Shown one piece after another: positions 8,275 through 12,545 of a DNA stretch of 12,545 nucleotides. Source of the DNA: Octopus sinensis (lineage: Eukaryota). Numbering within the stretch: position 1 is the first letter of the stretch; the number at the start of each line of letters is the position of its first letter. Position numbers and translations under genes: made by a program. The notes beneath the pieces were generated by a model that worked only from the letters and a program-made list of their open reading frames with translations, did no database searches and was not told where the DNA came from. Location: positions 1-12,545 of the forward strand of contig NW_021826535.1 of the NCBI RefSeq assembly GCF_006345805.1, given 5' to 3'.

Positions 8275-8472
8275 ATGTATGTTTGTGTGTTTCTCCATCG
8301 CAATTGCTTGACAGCCGGTGTTAGAGAGTTTACGTTTCCGTAATCTAGCGGTTCAGCAAAAGATACCGATAGAATAAATATCAAGCTTTTGAATAAAAAA
8401 AAGGAAGTCCCTAAAGTTCTCGAAGGCGGTACCCAGTATGGCTGCAGTCCAATGACTGAAATAAGTAAAAGA
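8273..8472 (+). mobile_element. family-B SINE 3' half, diverged
   Basis: GCTTGACAGCCGGTGTT...TAGCGGTTCAGCAAAAGATACCGATAGAATAA...AAGGCGGTACCCAGTATGGCTGCAGTCCAATGACTGAAATAAGTAAAAG aligns to about 3180-3368. Confidence 0.82.
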
Positions 8473-8738
8473 TATTATCGGTACTACTCCTTTTGTTTTA
8501 TCTCTACTGGAGAGAATAGATAGTGACAAATTACATGGTTACAATTCTATTGGTCATTGACCTAAAGTTCTCTTTTCTTCACTGCACAATTATTTCTAAT
8601 TAGACTTTTGTCGTACTCTGCATTACAGACGTCAACTTATTGTTTTTCATGTAGATGGCTTCTCAGAGTAATTACTTTCAATGTTTTACTAATTTTAGAT
8701 GCGGAAATTGTTCGCATTCTATTTGTGTATGATATATA

Positions 8739-9292
8739 TTGGGTTGTCCGGAAAGTTCGTGCCGATTTTTAAAGGAAAGAAAAAGGTCAATAAATACTTG
8801 CCGTTACATTTTTAATCAACCAAATATGAACCATTTTGTTGAACAATGCGTCTCTATATTTCCTTTAACTTGAAAATACCCTCTTCCCAGAATTGAGGTG
8901 GTTTCATGTCAAATAATTCATCAAGGTATGTTTTTACATCATCCAAGGAATTGAAATTTTTACCATTAAGACTATTCTGAATAAGTGGAAATCCGAAGAA
9001 GCAATATCTGGTGAATATGGAGGGTGGGGTAACACATCCCAGCTGAGCTGCAGCAATTTTTGTCTGGTTCCCAAAGCATCAAGTGCCGAAAATGAACTTT
9101 ATCTTCCATTTTAAAGGGTTACAGAATAAACACAGGTTATAGAAACATAAATCTTCTTCTACGAAAAGATAGCTTAAACTGTGCTCTAAATAGAAGTGTA
9201 GTCAAATCCTATTTTATGGACTCAAACCATGTTCTAAAATAAGCCGAAACGTAAGCTACTATAAATCGGCACGAACTTTCCGGACAACCCAA
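8739..9292 (-). mobile_element. internally deleted mariner (554 bp, MITE-like) with perfect 30-bp TIRs and TA TSD
   Basis: TTGGGTTGTCCGGAAAGTTCGTGCCGATTT (8739-8768) and its exact reverse complement (9263-9292); TA at 8737-8738 and 9293-9294. Confidence 0.96.
8812..9109 (-). pseudogene. mariner transposase remnant: first 14 codons fused out of frame to the C-terminus
   Basis: ATG at 9109 gives MEDKVHFRHLMLWE. The shifted frame gives LGTRQKLLQLSWDVLPHPPYSPDIASSDFHLFR..SLNGKNFNSLDDVKTYLDELF...QQNGSYLVD*, with the stop at 8812-8814. Confidence 0.9.
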
Positions 9293-9338
9293 TACATCTA
9301 CAGATTCTTTTATCACTATTTCATAATAACAATAATGG

Positions 9339-9436
9339 TTTCTAATTTTGGCCCAAGGCCTGCAAATTTGGGGGAGGGGTAAGTCGATTACATCGACCCG
9401 GTGGTCAACTAGTACTTAATTTATTGACCTCTAAAG
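9339..9436 (-). mobile_element. family-C-related SINE fragment, antisense
   Basis: AAGTCGATTACATCGACCCGGTGGTCAACTAGTACTTAATTTATTGACC (from 9381) approximates the reverse complement of 9849-9899. Confidence 0.8.
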
Positions 9437-9687
9437 CGGGAAAATAAAATGCTGTACTCCTTGGTAACACGGTGGTGTAGCCGGTGATGCAGTAGAAATT
9501 TGCCTGCAACTGTAAAATATCGAATTATTTTAATAACTTGCATTGGCCACAAGGGCTTTGATGCCAGCGAAGATTCCGTGTCGAAATACACAGGAAAGCC
9601 ACAAACGAACAGGAAAACACATTTTCGGCGGGTGGGGTGGGGCTGTTTCGTAAGTAGTTGATACTTTTTCAGCATAAAAAGTGGTCT

Positions 9688-10162
9688 AGTCGAATACATT
9701 GACTCCACTGCTAAACTGGTAGGTTTTTATTAGGCGGCGAGCTGGCAGAAACGTTAGCACGCCAGGTGAAATGCTTAGCGGTATTTCGTCTGTAGTTACG
9801 TTCTGAGTTCAAATCCCGCCGAGGTCGACTTTGCCTTTCATCCTTTCGGGGTCGATCAATTAAGTACCAGTTACGCACTGGGGTCGATGTAATCGACTTA
9901 ATACCTATGTCTGTCCTTGTTTGTCCCCTGTGTTTAGCCCCTTGTGGGTAATAAAGAAATAGGTATTTCGTCTGCAGTTACGTTCTGAGTTCAAATTCCG
10001 CCGAGGTCGACTTTGCCTTTCATCCTCCACTGGGGTCGATATAATCGACTTAATCCGTTTGTCTGTCCTTGTTTGTCTTCTCTGTGTTTAGCCCCTTGTG
10101 AGTAGTAAAGAAATAGGTAGGTTTTTATTAGACCTGAAACTTTGACAGCATTTGGACTCAGA
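9688..10162 (-). mobile_element. old antisense family-C SINE split by the 9733-10115 insertion
   Basis: Joining 9688-9732 to 10131-10162 gives AGTCGAATACATTGACTCCACTGCTAAACTGGTAGGTTTTTATTA|GACCTGAAACTTTGACAGCATTTGGACTCAGAAC, a decayed reverse complement of the family-C body. Confidence 0.65.
9733..10115 (+). mobile_element. family-C SINE, head plus two tandem body units, with 15-bp TSD
   Basis: Head GGCGGCGAGCTGGCAGAAACG, B box GAGTTCAAATCC. Body 9780-9965 is repeated at 9962-10119 with a ~30-nt deletion. TSD GGTAGGTTTTTATTA at 9718-9732 and 10116-10130. Confidence 0.92.
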
Positions 10163-10670
10163 ACAAAAATTTAACGCCAAGCTTTTTAGCCGGTGCGGTA
10201 TCGATTATGGTACCTCATCGCCTTCCATAGTTGTAATAATATTAACCAGCTGTATAAACTTTTTCCTTTCTCTCCCACTCATTTCCACCTTCCTCTCTCT
10301 ATATATTTATATCGTTATGAATCTTATGTCAACCACTCTATACGACACGATAATCCTCATCGAAATTTATATATTTCAGTGTGTGTGTGTGAAGTTCAAC
10401 AAGTAGTATAGCACTCGATTAGTTAAATAGGCAAAGTAATTGTAATAAAAACAAAAAAAATGCCTTGTGAAACAATGCTACCCAGGGCTTATTGGACCAT
10501 TTATCAGGCTGCTAAAGCGACAAGACAGCTTAGTAAGTGCGTTCGATATAATCGAAGTTCCAATGAACACATGTTTAAAAAATGACAGACTGCAATCAAG
10601 GGGGGATACTTAACTACACAGGAAATATAAACAGTGTTTTACAAATATCGAAACTTAAATAAACCAACGC

Positions 10671-11210
10671 TGGAATGGTTATGCTGTCCGGTGGTTTTAC
10701 ATTAATTCCTACAAACATATATTTTGTAACATGCGGACATGATGAAAAAAGCTCGCGCCTTGGAATGGTTATGCTGTCCGGTGGTTTTACATTAATTCCT
10801 ACAAACATATATTTTGTAACATGCAGACATGATGAAAAAAGCTCGCGCCTTGGAATGGTTATGCTGTCCGGTGGTTTTACATTAATTCCTACAAACATAT
10901 ATTTTGTAACATGCAGACATGATGAAAAAAGCTCGCGCCTTGGAATGGTTATGCTGTCCGGTGGTTTTACATTAATTCCTACAAACATATATTTTGTAAC
11001 ATGCAGACATGATGAAAAAAGCTCGCGCCTTGGAATGGTTATGCTGTCCGGTGGTTTTACATTAATTCCTACAAACATATATTTTGTAACATGCAGACAT
11101 GATGAAAAAAGCTCGCGCCTTGGAATGGTTATGCTGTCCGGTGGTTTTACATTAATTCCTACAAACATATATTTTGTAACATGCGGACATGATGAAAAAA
11201 GCTCGCGCCT
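10671..11210. repeat. tandem array of six 90-bp units
   Basis: Unit TGGAATGGTTATGCTGTCCG...GATGAAAAAAGCTCGCGCCT, six exact periods. The only difference is at unit position 65: G in units 1 and 6 (10735, 11185), A in units 2-5. Confidence 0.98.
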
Positions 11211-11270
11211 TGTATTTGTACAGTCCCTGGGGATTTTTAACGTTTGTAAAATATGTATCTGTGTGTGTAG

Positions 11271-11430
11271 TGGAGGGAAGTGGCTAAATAGTCAGAGCGT
11301 TGCATGATCGTAAAATTGTGGTTTCCATTGTGGTTGCATGATCGTAAGATTGTGGACCGGGCGATTCGTTATGTTGTTGTGTAAAGCACTTCATTTCACA
11401 TTGTTCTGTCCACTCACCTGGCAAAAATGT
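11271..11430 (+). mobile_element. old tRNA-derived SINE with CORE-like segment
   Basis: The head TGGAGGGAAGTGGCTAAATAGTCAGAGCG and GGACCGGGCG resemble the family-A head. TTGTTGTGTAAAGCACTTCATTTCACATTG..GTCCACTCACCTGGCAAAAATG resembles the CORE-SINE domain (recall). The B box is disrupted. Confidence 0.6.
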
Positions 11431-11513
11431 GTAATTCTGCGATCGACAGGCAATATATACGGCAAAGAATCTGGGAGACCGGTCTAATGAGTCTAATGCT
11501 AGGGAAAGAGCTC

Positions 11514-11531
11514 TGTGTGTGTGTGTGTGTG
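11514..11531. repeat. (TG)9 microsatellite
   Basis: Read directly. Confidence 0.9.
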
Positions 11532-11721
11532 ATGAAAGCAAACAAACTTCGAAATCCCTAAGTTTTCTTAATAAAATATATGTTTGTGTGTGTGTGTATA
11601 TATATAAATGATAAAATTAACTAAATCGCAATTTACAACCAAAAGGCAGAAGTATAAACTAAAGTGGCTAAGGGTACCGGTTAACACCACCATTGCTAGA
11701 AATAACAGTCAAAACAACTCC

Positions 11722-11813
11722 TATATATATGTGTATATATATATATATATATATAGATAGATAGATACATACATACATACATACATACATACATACATAC
11801 AAACATACATACA

Positions 11814-11845
<32 letters not shown>

Positions 11846-11860
11846 CACACACATATATAA
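11722..11860. repeat. compound (TA)n(AGAT)n(ACAT)n microsatellite
   Basis: Read directly; the ACAT array has one AAAC interruption near 11801. Confidence 0.95.
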
Positions 11861-11914
11861 ATGCATATGCCTATATATAATGCATATTATTAAAGGGGGA
11901 ATATATTTATCGAT

Positions 11915-12125
11915 GTGTATGTCTGTACACAATGTATATGTGCATGTTTATATATAAATATACACATGTGTGTGTATATTTTTGTTAAAGCAGGCGCATA
12001 TTATAAATGCACATGTGTATGCATGTATATATATATATATACATTCGAATAAACATATGCATATATGTGCATGTGTGTGCGAGCTGATCAATCAATATGT
12101 ACGTACGTATGTATGTATAAATGTA
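11915..12125. repeat. degenerate TA/TG/CA tract
   Basis: Interrupted alternating purine-pyrimidine sequence like 2309-2580. Confidence 0.8.
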
Positions 12126-12545
12126 CTCGAACAATTCAGCTGAAAGGATGGAAGAAGAGTGAAAGAGAAATTAAAATAAATGAGAGAAAGCGATGAAAAG
12201 GAGGACGAAAAGATATGGAAAAAGCCTCTGCCTCCTGTCATACACTTCCCTGAGTCGTAAAACGGACTAAAAATGCAGCCGCCATTGTGAAGCCCTTGTA
12301 AAATCCTCTTACGTCAGCAGTAAGTTTTATTTATGGCTTCTGGACTTCCGTTACTACGATGAGTTAGTCACTCGGCCCTACTTGGGGCGTTCACGGTCCA
12401 GCTTTCGACTGTAATTGATGGCAGGTTTAGTTTGTTGTATCTAAATTCCCGTTACTATGAGCATAATCAGTATGTCTACGTAGTATGTCAGTGTGTGAAT
12501 TTATGTTTTGTGTGCATGCGTACGCAAGTATAAGTGTTCATCTCT

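Noticed and set aside
9421-9708. 95-aa minus-strand ORF
   Set aside because: Non-ATG start in the sequence, lies between SINE fragments, and has no recognisable motif.
10152-10411. Two overlapping plus-strand ORFs of 84 and 72 aa
   Set aside because: Non-canonical or weak starts, low-complexity CT/TA/TG content, no homology signal.
10671-11210. CRISPR array
   Set aside because: No unique spacers, the whole 90-bp period is repeated, there are no cas genes, and the context is eukaryotic.
11668-11932. ORFs with MYVC repeats
   Set aside because: Translation of the (ACAT)n/(TA)n microsatellite.

Overview
Eukaryotic, AT-rich, repeat-dominated DNA with no supportable host protein-coding exon. The SINE repertoire and microsatellite style look octopod (Octopus-like); that assignment is from recall, not a database search. 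The window holds two mariner elements (a decayed near-full-length copy at the left edge and a 554-bp internally deleted copy with perfect 30-bp TIRs and TA TSDs), a piggyBac-type transposase remnant with one TTAA-CCC end, a 296-bp non-autonomous Helitron (TC...hairpin-CTAG, inserted at A^T) and a probable second Helitron fragment. It also holds about 15 copies or fragments of tRNA-derived SINEs, which I label A, B and C (plus one old CORE-like copy), many microsatellites, a (CAC/CAT/ACC)-rich tract and a near-perfect 6 x 90-bp tandem array. Most ORFs in the supplied track are repeat artefacts. The most interesting signals are modular SINE evolution (shared head with different tails, a B-core/A-tail chimera, a TSD-flanked dimer nested in an antisense relative), a possible shared SINE target motif, inverted SINE pairs that could form dsRNA, and the young 90-bp array. 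I found no convincing new gene system.
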